Shown: positions 53,285-64,000 of the stretch, one piece after another
Position numbering within the stretch: the stretch's first letter is position 1
Layout of the letters: every line of letters begins with the position of its first letter
Origin: Callorhinchus milii
Taxonomy: Eukaryota
Length of the DNA: 64,000 bases
Assembly: GCF_018977255.1 (NCBI RefSeq)
Contig: NW_024704742.1
Coordinates: 11,534,001-11,598,000 of the forward strand
Direction: 5' to 3'
Made by a program: the position numbers and the translations under genes
The notes under the pieces: generated by a model
Seen by the model: the letters and a program-made list of their open reading frames with translations, nothing else
Databases searched by the model: none
What the model was told of the DNA's origin: nothing

Positions 53285-55988
53285 TGGTACTTTCCTCATC
53301 CGTGGAACATAATTTGACTTTAGCCAGTTAGCTGACAACCTTAGCTGTCAGGAGAGTGGATGTAATGTGAGGGCAAGAAAGAAACTACGAAGAGTTCATG
53401 AACACAACTGATTACAATTTCAGGAAAATATTTTGGTGGACCAATTTCAAGATTTCATTGAACACTAATATTTACACTCCATCACAGAGCATAAGGGATC
53501 GCGACAAACTTGACCACTGTGGAAAGTTTGAAATACGAGTAAGATGGAAAGGCAAAATCTATCTCAGTAATTCATCCCTTTACTTTCAGTGGAGTCAGGT
53601 CACATCCACCAATTAATGTCATTGCCACATACAAACTTTTCAGAGTCAGTGCTTCAGCATGCATAGTTTGGAAGAGATGGGCTGTAAAATGTTGTGGTGC
53701 ATTTGCTGAACAAAGAGAGAATTTAATATCTCTGGCACAGAGACAAATATCATTTATATTCAGCGAGAGCCATACCAGAAAACACCAAAATGAGATGTGA
53801 TTTGGAATACTTCCATCCAATAATCCTTTCATTTAATGGTCATTAACTTCATGACTGTAGGACATCGTTGCGCGCAAATTAGCTTCCCTGTCTGCCCACA
53901 AATGGACATTTACTGCACTTCGTAGTAAATCATCACAGTCTTGTGATGATTTGTGATGTCTCAGCACCATGATAAGATGCAATATCAAATGTAAGGATTA
54001 TTTTAAACCTTGTTGAGAGTATTGAGATATCTCAGCTTGTATTTATTTACTTTCATTATTTTTTCCTTGAGGTATTTTGACTCTTTATTCTTTGTCTAGC
54101 ACATGGAGATCACAACCAAGATTGGTCTTTATCCTCACCAGCCATCCATAGGCACACAATTCAGTAAAGAGTCAGTGATAATGAGCAGGAGTAGAAACTG
54201 TCTGATTTCCGATTCCCCAGTGCATTGATGTTGAGACCAATTGTAGTTGTCCAACTGGTAGCTCAGCACAAAAACGGATTCAAGCTTGCAACATTCTGGT
54301 CTCCACAGTTGCACTGGGTGGTGTAGAATAATAATAATAATTCTTTCATTTGTAGGGGATTATGTTGGCCAGGATACCGGTAGAAGCTCCCTACTCATTT
54401 TAATTAGTGCAAAGCAATCTCTTTTAACGTCCAACTGAACAGGCAGACAGGATCTTGGTTTAACATCTCATCCTCCTACAAATCAACCCATGCCCAACCA
54501 CTGTATTGGGGTGTCAGTCTTGAGGCTGTGAGTAAAGTAAATGGGGCAGTTCTGCTTCCTCTGGAGCTTGTATAGCACTGTGTGTTACATTCCCCAGCTT
54601 CTTCAGAGGCATCAGTGTAAATGTGGTGGTACTGAACATTATAAGTTTTCTGGGCACAGGTTCGTGTCATCGTTTCGTTGGCCTGTGTGAACCTTCCCAA
54701 AACAACATTGTGACTCAAACAAGTGAGCGTGCATTGTTGTTTGTTTGATGCTGGCTGTTGCTGTTTAAAGGGCAAAGGAGTCAAATTCCATGTACTGGCA
54801 GCCGGGGAAACAGAAGCAGCTCTGTAATAAATTTGATGTTCGTGTCTGTTTGAGAAATCATAAAGCTTTATAAATGTGACGATCTTTGGAAATAAGAACA
54901 TAAGAACATAAGAATTAGGAGCAGGAGTAGGCCATTCGGCCCTTCGTGCCTGCTCCGCCATTCAATAAGATCATGGCTGATCTTCTCACCTAACTCCGAT
55001 TACCTGCCCTATCCCCATATCCCTTAATCCCTCTATTTTTCAAGAATCTATCAGTCTCAGCCTTGGGTCTCCGTAGCAAGTTTTTCTCTGATCTAGAAAT
55101 ATTTTTCCAATTCCTGAAGACACAACATCAAAATTACATTTGTATTGCATCTTTCTCATCGGGAGGACAGCCCAAGGCGCTGGACAGTCAGAGTATCGGA
55201 CCCGAGCTGGGGGTCGGGATCGGGGAGGGTGGGGAGCAGGGGGGGAAGGAGGATGACACACACTAACCTTTCATGTAAATCACATTCCACGCATTCAGCA
55301 AATGTGAAAATAATTTGAATTAAACATAATTGTGATCCTCTGATTAATGGTGCCTGGGAATAAAATGTTTAGCTTAAAAAATGTGATTTTCAAGGAGTTC
55401 AATTTATTACTGGCTGCTGCATTAGTTTGGGAGAGGCTCAGGAAATTCCCCTGATTCATCAAGAGCAATGTCTGAGGGAGATTGATTGAAAGACTTGTGG
55501 TATCAGATGGCAGCAGTTTTAGCTGCTTCAATGATTTACTTATGTGAGAAAACACCACCAAACTCAGGATATCCAGGAAAATCTGAATACATTATTGATC
55601 GATCTTTTTAGCATGAGAGGTCAGGATTTAAAAAGCCCTTTGCCCCATTTGATCTTGTCCTTCCAGAATATCATTTCTACCCATTGTCTTCCCATTCCCA
55701 AATTAAGCACACTTATAACCTTGAAACTAAAACACATATCTGCAGTGTCTCTGATGGCTCAATTCATCATTGTTTAAAGTGAAAATAGATTAGAAGCAGA
55801 GTGCAAAGGTGCAAAGTCCATCCTGGGCTGAGTTGGCTTGGCTAATTTTGGGTATGAGAGACAGAACATTGGAAGCAGAACATTGACCAAGAACATTGTT
55901 GTTCTTGGTCACTATCTAGTAACCATCATATGTATGAATGCTAGGCAAGCGTAGATCTTTGATGTCCTTTAGATGTGGTTAAATATTT

Positions 55989-56345
55989 GTCCAGTAGCTT
56001 ACAGTGTTTAGAGCACTCACAAGCGAGAGGACCTGGGTTTGATTCCCAGCAGGACGAAACATTGGGCAAGTTTCCTCACGCCACATGCCTCTGATTGCCT
56101 AGCAGTAAGTAGGAACCCAGTTTTAGTTGATTTGCTTATTGTTCTTCCAGGGGTAATAATCTCTTTAAAAAAAAGTAAATAAAGTAATAAGTTGGTCACT
56201 CAATATTTGTGGGACATTGCTGTGAGCAATTGGTTGCATTTCTCTTACAAAATATCCAGTCAATTCAATTTACAGTAGCGCTTTGAGATTTGTGAAGCGC
56301 TTTGAGATGTCTAAATCAAATGCAAGGATTATTATTATTGTATTA
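55989..56345 (+). mobile_element. Degenerate SINE, long subfamily
   Basis: Eroded head, core and tail. Confidence 0.8.
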
Positions 56346-57099
56346 TATTATAAATAATAATCTGTCTCACCCTACATATGGAGAAGGGTGACTGAGGTGA
56401 ATCATTTGCAATGAGTCATTGCCATTTCACAAAGAAGAGAAAAAATCCTTCCCCTCCTTATCTTCAAGTCACAAGAATGGTTTTAATCTATGAAAAAAAT
56501 TATCAAGTTTAATCTGATGCTTTTTTTTGGTCTCTTTCACTCTCTGCGACTTGTATACATCAGTTTCATGCAGTTTATATACTATCATAATTATTCACCC
56601 TCCATTCAGTGACAAGTGCCTGCAAATCTAGAGAAGGCTATTTTCAAATAATGTAAAATACTTTTGATTGTTGCTGCAAATGTCTTCCATTCGCAGGGGT
56701 AGTGTAACAATATTGAAGCCAATATTGGTGGCCACTGATAAGTGGATTGCATTAAACAGCAATAAATTGCTTACTTTCTTTCTCCAATGAAGCAAATTCA
56801 GGCAGGCTTTTTTTAAAAAGAATGGATGAGATGCTGCATCTATACATCGATTTACTTGTAAGGAAGAATAGGAATTTGTAATTCCCGCTTTCTTACAGTT
56901 TCCCTTTTTTTCTCCTATTTCACAATTACCTTTGGACTGCCGGGGCATTCTCTCCTCAGTAACTCCTTTTTTTCATTGAATTGCTCCCTTTTCATGACAT
57001 CCTCAGCAGACACATAACTTCTGGATAACCCCCAAATCTACTTTCACACCTCCTTTTAATATCAGATTCACCGATGTTCTGTGTGAGACACTGATACCA

Positions 57100-57930
57100 G
57101 GATGAGCCTTGCAGCTTAAAATGGATAGGAATCCATTCTCCTTGGCTCCCACCAGTGTCTCTTCATTTCCAGCTCTGACCTTGTCAGCTTCCCTGATTTC
57201 TCTCTCAAACTCACCGAACCAGAACACAGTTATGGTGCTTGGTTCAATCCTCAGATCGCTCGCCTTCCTTCCGTGTATTTGGTCCCTGACTAGGACCATT
57301 TTCCTTCATCTGTGTCACATCACCCAGCTCGGTCTCTATCTCACACCTTTGCTGTCTCAACTTTTCAAACGCACTCCTTGTCGTTCTCTCGTTCCACCAG
57401 CCACAACCTGCAGCTCAAACAAACTCCACCTCCGAGATGCTACCCTGTGTGGAGGGCGCTATATAAGTGCAAGTTGTTGTTGTTGAGTTGTTCAATGGAC
57501 AGGGGACAAAGGGATGGAGGTGACACCGCACTATGTTTCCCTAAATGTGGGTAATTGAAGGCTGGTATTGATGGAATCCTGAGGTAAGTTTGTTCTCAAA
57601 AAGAGAGTCATTGTGAGGAGGGGTGGGACAATGAGAATTAATTTTCAGCATTGGTCCTTGCTCGTAACTATAACTCAGGTGACTCCAATGCTTGGAAATT
57701 CAAAAAATTCAGTTTATTCATACCCCACTCCTCTACCCACCCCCTTCGCTCAGCTAGCTCAGGCATTCTGCATGTTCCTCGACCTCTCCGTTCCACCATC
57801 GGTGGCTATGCTTTCAGCCACTACATTCCGAGGCTCTGGAGCTCCCTGCCAGCAGTCCTTGCTCCTTGTCCCTTCTTTGCCCATTTTCAGATCTTACCTG
57901 AAGACTTTCTTCTTCAACAATGCCTTGGGT
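57100..57930 (+). mobile_element. Old L2 fragments
   Basis: Degenerate L2 C-terminal coding (PLRSASSGILHVPR...TIGGYAFSHYIPRLWSSLP); short tail at about 57430-57485. Confidence 0.6.
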
Positions 57931-58269
57931 GATTTTAGGGTCAAACTGCACAGTGAAGGCCTCCTTCTCCTCCCCTCCCACAGTTCAAAGGTTGCAGTAG
58001 CTTGTTCCTTAGCTCACATGTAAAGAATGGTCACTTAAGTGAAATTTCAAAGGGCTACCTGTGCCTATGAATCTCAGGTGTGTGGGAAGAAAATATTGGG
58101 GGAGGAGGTGTGAATTCTAACCAGAGGTTTTGTGTGTTCACTGAATGGTATTAAAAGCCTGCACTTAGAGTGAATCATTCTTTAACCACATGAACCGAGA
58201 GTGGGTTGACATTCAGAAGCAAAATTGCTGTGAAAATTGTAATCTTGAATTCCAGCATGATCCCAGGAC

Positions 58270-58623
58270 GTTGGTCAAATGGGTTAAACTCACCTCACAA
58301 GCGACAGGACTTGGGTTCGATTCCCAGGCTGGGTGAAAACTTGGACAAGTTTCCTGACTCCACACGCCTCTGTTTACCTAGCAACAAGTAGGAACCTGGT
58401 TGTTGGTCGATTGGCAGATCGTTTTCCGGCGGTAAAAAATTTTAATTAAACAAAATGTGGTCACTCAATCCATGATTGTTTGTGGGACACTGCTGTGTGC
58501 AATTGGCTGCCGCGTTTCACCCACGAAATGCAGTCAATCCATTTTGCACTATATTCTGTAAAGCACTTGGAGACGTCTCACAGATATGATAAAGCTCAGC
58601 ATAAAATGCAAGGATTATTATTA
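58270..58623 (+). mobile_element. Degenerate long-subfamily SINE ending about 60 nt before the exon acceptor
   Basis: B box ggttcgattcc, extra segment, core, tail. Confidence 0.82.
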
Positions 58624-58681
58624 AATGTATGGTATAATTGTCTTCAAATGGCTAACTGTTGAACTGGCTTTTTTTCTCTAG

Positions 58682-58963
58682 AATCCACGTCATCGTCGGT
58701 GGTGCCGAAGACCACGAGAAGCCCCCTAATACACACCACAACTACCACCACAACCACCACCAAGTCTGGGAGAAAAGGAACAATGGCTTCCCCGCCAGAC
58801 AAGCCTCAGTTAGTTGGTGGGACCACTGCCAAACCACCAACACCATCGCAGGTCCCTGTTGCGGTACCAGAGTGCTGTGAAGCCACAGAGACACGGGACA
58901 TCTTATGGCCTAAAACCCAACCGGGCGAGGTGGCAAAGCAGCCCTGCCCGAAGGGGACAATCG
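58682..58963 (+). CDS. ADGRL3: Ser/Thr/Pro-rich linker and start of hormone-receptor domain
   Basis: tttttctctag|AATCC...ACAATCG|gtaaga, 282 nt, phase 1-1. Encodes a Thr-rich stalk then CEATETRDILWPKTQPGEVAKQPCPKGTIG. Confidence 0.93.
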
Positions 58964-59995
58964 GTAAGAACCATAAACTCTGTTTATAAAATGTTTTCAG
59001 GTGCAGTTTTTAAGTGATTTTCAATCAACCTTTATGTGTCAAATAGAGATAATGCAATTGCCCCCAGCAGTCCAATACACAAAGACAAATGCCCTCTGTA
59101 CCTCAAATCCATATCAATGGGAAAAATGCTGGTTTGATCTCCAGTCTGTGGCAGGTCAACTGACCTCAATTTCCCTCAACACCTAAGGCCAGCAGAAAGC
59201 ACTCCTGATTACTGCCCTATCACTTGTATGAAATTGTGCTTGGCATTAGATGATTGTTCTGATGCCCTACCTACCGGCACTCCCTTTTCAACCTTGCACA
59301 TGAAAAATCTTTACATGTTTACGTGGTGAGAATGTGGAACTCCCTGTGGGTGAAACAAAAAGCATCAATGTATTTAACAGGGAACTTGATGTTTACCTGA
59401 GGGAGGTCACTACTTGGTCATTAGACATCTGACCAACACAGGTTTGTACCCTCACTTGGTAGGTCAGTGAATACCAGGAACTGCCCTCAAGCCATGTGGT
59501 GACCAGCACAGCTCAACAGAAAATGCCTGAAAGCATTGCCATGCTTGTCCTCCCCACAGCCATTGAGCAATGGTTCTTCCTGCTGCAGGTGCAGATTGCA
59601 TATTCAAGAGCTCCGGCACACTACCCGGTGTGAAGGGCACTATATAAATGCAAGTTATTGTTTTTGTTGTTGTTGTTGTTCTAATCAATGTAGACTCCAA
59701 ACCCTGTGTGTATTCACAAACCTTGGATTGGATAGGTAGCAATTGGAAGTAAAGCACTTCCTATGCCAAAGCAATCCACATATCATTCAGCAGCTGGTAT
59801 TTAGCAAATAATATGAAAGGCCTGGAATAGGAGGGTAGGTTTGGTGCCATATTTTGGAGTGATGTGTATATAGTTAAATAGCTATATATATATTATTGGG
59901 TAACCATTTATCTGGGGCAGGAAGGAGATAATGGCCTATTTAATTTGTCCATGGTTATGTGAGTTTAACCTTTATCGATATCTATCTATCTGCAG

Positions 59996-60099
59996 GTGTA
60001 GCTACCTATGCCTGCTTGTCATCTAACGGATTCTGGGACCCACAGGGACCGGATCTTAGTAACTGCACCTCTCCATGGGTGAGCCAGCTCTCTCACAGG
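59996..60099 (+). CDS. ADGRL3: Hormone-receptor domain exon
   Basis: tctgcag|GTGTA...CACAGG|gtaagt, 104 nt, phase 1-0. Encodes GVATYACLSSNGFWDPQGPDLSNCTSPWVSQLSHR with the latrophilin WxPxGPDLSNC motif. Confidence 0.95.
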
Positions 60100-61585
60100 G
60101 TAAGTCTCCCTATTTACGCTGACTATTTACGCTTTATTTCCGCTCATCTGTGTAGTACAAAATAAAAATCGAGAAGAGATAACCTGAAGATTGTTCACTA
60201 GCTTTAAAGGGGCAAAGTAGTGAGGAAGTCGTGCTCCGCCACTGTATAGCATTCTGGGACCGCTAACCCCATGTGAGGGGCGCTATATAAATGCAAGTTG
60301 TTGTTGTTGAAGTGCTTCATCGCACACTTCTGTGTTCAGAATTGGGTTGTTTGTCGTCCCGATCCATGAGAAGCAGGATCTGTGCATTTCCTTTCCTTGC
60401 CATCTTCTAAATATTTTAGATATAATCATCATCGGTGGTGCCGAAGACCACAAGAACCCCCCTAATACAGACCACGACTACCACCACAACCACCACCAAG
60501 TCTGGGAGAAAACACATTTGTGCGCATCTTTTGATTCTTGGCTTATCCAACCAAACAAGAGTCAGAGAAAACAAACAACTGCTGCCACTTTGGGCACAGG
60601 TTTCGATCGCTTGAAATATGGCTTGCCTTGTCAAAAAGCATTTGCGTCTTTAAGCATTAGTCACAGCTTTCTGTATTCTGCAGAGATCTAATGAACTGCA
60701 ACACAAACAGCTCATTCTGTGAAGCTGCCAATGCATTCGGTTCCTTTTCAGCTGTTTTAAAAATGTTAATCTGTCGTAAACATCCATCAGCGTTAAAATG
60801 GCATTAAAATGTGGAATACAGTATTTCACAGATAAAAGTGAAACAAAATTAAAGGGGCTGATGTTCTTTCAGCATTAGTAACATGAGGTGGTGCAGTAAA
60901 TTGATCTTATTAGAAAATAAAGACCAGATGGGACTTTTATCCAGGAACTTTTTAAAAAATAAATCATTTTATTTTGTGGCACCTACAAATGCAGAGTAAC
61001 TGCAATTTACAGTAAATCCTGTGAAAGGCTTTGAGACGTTTTGTTGACAAGGTAAAGCATTGTGAAAATGCAGGGATTATTTTTATGTTTTATTGGTGAA
61101 AATGCAACATAGTTTGTGTACATTAGAATTTTTTAGAATAGCTCGCAAACTGGGTAAATATTCCTGGTTGACCAACATGCCAAAGTGTATGACTTTATTT
61201 TGTTATTGCTATGCAAACTGATAAGTGTGTGTGTGAGAGAGAGAGTGTGTTCATGTTGAACAGACTTGTGAACAGGGTTACTAACAGACTCTGCTGTTTC
61301 AGTCTTCTCATTTGAACTGTAGACAGTGTTGAGACAGAGCCTTAATAGACACAGACATAGTTATATTGATAGCTCCATATTGCACTCCCTCTAGCTAAAG
61401 TCTGAGCAAACACTGCACATGTGAGCAGATGATACAGAGGCGGAATGCTGATTAATATTTAACATTTGTAAAAAGCCGACAGACTGCCTGAAAACTCTTT
61501 TAAAACTTTTTAATGAAATGCCTGCCTGCAGTACAAGTACAATCTTTTGCAGATGACCTTGTGGAGTTGGCTTCCGACTGCTTCC

Positions 61586-62280
61586 TGAAACCCTGGTTCA
61601 CGCCTTTGTCACCTCAAGGCTGGACTATGGGAACTCTCTCCTCGCCGGCCTTCCCGCCACCTCCCTCCACAAGCTGCAGGTCATTCAGAACTCTGCAGCT
61701 CGTGTACTGTCCCGCACCAGGCTTCGCGATCACATCACTCCCACCCTCGCTCGCCACCACTGGCTCCCCATCCCCCAGAGGATTGATTTCAAGATCCTCA
61801 TCCTCACCTACAAGGCCATTCACGGCCTTGCTCCCTCCTACCTCTCCAACCTACTATCCCCCTACCTACCTGCCCGTACCCTCCGTTCCTCTGGCTCCGG
61901 TCTGCTCCACGTCCCCCGCCCCAACCGCCCTACCATCGGTGGTCGGGCCTTCAGCCTCTCAGCCCCCAGGCTCTGGAACTCCATCCCCCAGTGCCTTCGC
62001 CGCTTCCTCCCTTTCCTCCTTCAAGGCCGGTCTCAAAACCTTTCTCTTTGACCGTGCCTTCAGCTCCCCTCTCGACTCTCTTCCTCCTCCTCGCTCCCTC
62101 CCTTCCCTCCCCTCACCCTGACCATTTCCCCCCTCCTCTCTCCCTCCCTTCCCTCCCCTCACCCTGACCATTTCCCCCCTGCTCGGGTCATGACCCAACT
62201 GTGCAGCGCCTTGGGACGTCCTCCTGACGTGAAAGGCGCTCTATAAATGGAATCTTGTTGTTGTTGTTGTTGTTGTTGTT
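61586..62280 (+). mobile_element. L2 LINE 3' fragment
   Basis: Reads [23 protein letters not shown]...[11 protein letters not shown]...[14 protein letters not shown]...GGRAFS...APRLWN; stem-loop and (TTG)n tail. Confidence 0.93.
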
Positions 62281-62529
62281 CCCTGAATCACAATAGTTCC
62301 TGTAAAATGTTTACTGTAGAGTTTTCATTGATTCAACATGCAATTTGCATTGAACCAGCAACAAATGGCCTTACGTAACTGGCCTGTATGAAGTCTAATT
62401 GTTTTCTCATGAGTTGTTTCAGGGTCTGGAGACTACAAATTGCCAGGATTTTTGGCCCATGACTGTAAGACTTAATTTGTATGTCACAAGATTAATTGGG
62501 GATGAGATAAAGGCAAACCCATAGGTCCA

Positions 62530-62770
62530 GCATCTCAAAGCGCTTCACAGGATTTGCTGTGACATGAATGATTGTGTATTTGTAGGCAACTGCAGAAACA
62601 CAATTGCACACAGCACAAACAGCCATGAGACGAATGACCAATTTTATTTGGGGGATTGTTGGCCAGGACACTGGGAGAAATTCCCTTCTCTTTTTGAATA
62701 GTGCCATGGGATCTTTAACATCCACCTGAACAAGTAGACGGGACCTCGGTTTAATGTCTCTGCCGAAGGA
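62530..62770 (-). mobile_element. Older Deu-domain SINE (SacSINE1/AmnSINE1-like)
   Basis: Reverse complement contains taaaccgaggtcccgtct...caggtggatgttaaagatcccatggcactattc...gtgtcctggccaa, as I recall the Deu domain; related fragments at about 50140-50320 (+) and 54355-54475 (-). Confidence 0.75.
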
Positions 62771-63204
62771 CATAGGAAAACAGGAACAGAAGGAGGCTTT
62801 TCAGCCCATCCAGCTTGTTCCAACAGCTCATCCCCAAATGTATTAACTCCCATAGCAAAAGATATAGTCAATTCACTTTACAGCGTATTTTTGTGAAACA
62901 TTTGAGAGGTCTCAATGATGTGATAGGGCACTATATCAAATGCAAGGATTATTAATGCATCATGCTGAGGCCACTATAGGGTGATCTGATTTGGTTGTTC
63001 AAAAGAATTGATCAGGTCTATGGGGAATGACAGTTTCCTCTTGTAGAGGAATATTAGAGGGGCATATCATTAATAATGGCTCATATTTGTTTGCTTTCCC
63101 AATTGTGTATTGCCTGTGGTGTTTCAGAGGAATATTTGAGGAATAAAGTATTTTGCACATTAAAAAGTTTCTTATCTTAAAAAAAATTGTGTTTTTAATT
63201 CTAG

Positions 63205-63390
63205 ATCCGATCTGGAGAATCTGCTGCAAATCTTGCTCGGGAGCTGGCTGAGCAAACAAGACGACTGATTCACGCTGGAGACATTTTGTTCTCTGTAAAG
63301 TTCATGGAACAGCTTGTAGATTTGCTGAATATGCAGCTCATTAGCTTGACTCCAGGAGGGAAGGACAGCGCTGCTCGGAGCCTGAACAAG
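63205..63390 (+). CDS. ADGRL3: First GAIN-domain exon
   Basis: ttctag|ATCCGA...AACAAG|gtggga, 186 nt, phase 0-0. Encodes IRSGESAANLARELAEQTR...AGDI...LTPGGKDSAARSLNK (LPHN3-type end). Confidence 0.95.
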
Positions 63391-64000
63391 GTGGGAAAAC
63401 TTTGCCTCTCTATCTGTGGGAACCAAACTGATTCTAAGGAGGTTTTTTATATTAGTGTAACATTTGGCACATAGCCTCATGCTTTAGGAAGCACAGTTAT
63501 GTTGTGCACCCAAATCCAACCTTCAAAAAAAAAACATTTTCTTCACTAAATTATTTCATGATACCTTGTTCATAAAATCATGCAATATTTTGCAAGAATC
63601 TTATCTTCTGGAATAAAATGCTATTTCATTACAAAGGAGAAATTCCTGCTACTTCTAAATACAAAAATCCCATGGAATTTGTATCAAGCATCCTCTTGTA
63701 TTCTGCTATTTCTGGCCAGGCCTGTTACTGAGTAGCTCGGAATTGCTCTCATAGAACTGAGATTAATTGCTTCACTGATTGTAGCTATTTATGCTGGTAC
63801 TTAGCTCTTACATTGCTCTCATATTTTTCTACACTTTACAAACTGGGTTCACCTTAATTCACTCAGTCCACGACTGTTTGTGGGACACTGATGTGCGCAA
63901 TTGGCTGCTGCATTTTGCTCACAAAACGTACAGTCAGTTCAATTTACACAACAACAACTTGCATGTATTACACAACAATAACTTGCACCCTCCACGCAGG

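Noticed and set aside
1..64000. CRISPR array, operon or retron-like RT system
   Set aside because: No regularly spaced repeat-spacer array; all RT motifs belong to decayed CR1/L2 LINEs in a eukaryotic intron context.

Overview
Vertebrate genomic DNA, probably a cartilaginous fish (inferred from the CR1, L2, Deu-domain SINE and Penelope-type repeats). The window lies inside one plus-strand latrophilin gene (ADGRL3/LPHN3-like adhesion GPCR). Five coding exons have canonical AG/GT boundaries and consistent phases: the 15-nt KVEQK microexon (16565-16579), the olfactomedin exon (17190-17990), the Ser/Thr linker plus hormone-receptor-domain exons (58682-58963, 59996-60099) and the first GAIN-domain exon (63205-63390). 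The lectin exons and the rest of GAIN/7TM lie outside the window. The introns are full of decayed CR1 and L2 LINEs and about 20 copies or fragments of a tRNA-Ala-derived SINE. I find no prokaryote-type system and no new host gene. Most interesting: a partial copy of a coding exon behind a new splice acceptor, a candidate alternative terminal exon that would give a secreted lectin-olfactomedin isoform, possible paralog status of the gene, many templated-insertion and hairpin repair scars, a Penelope-type palindrome with hammerhead-ribozyme cores, and a SINE series that appears to have taken up the L2 3' stem-loop. Repeat boundaries are by eye and approximate.
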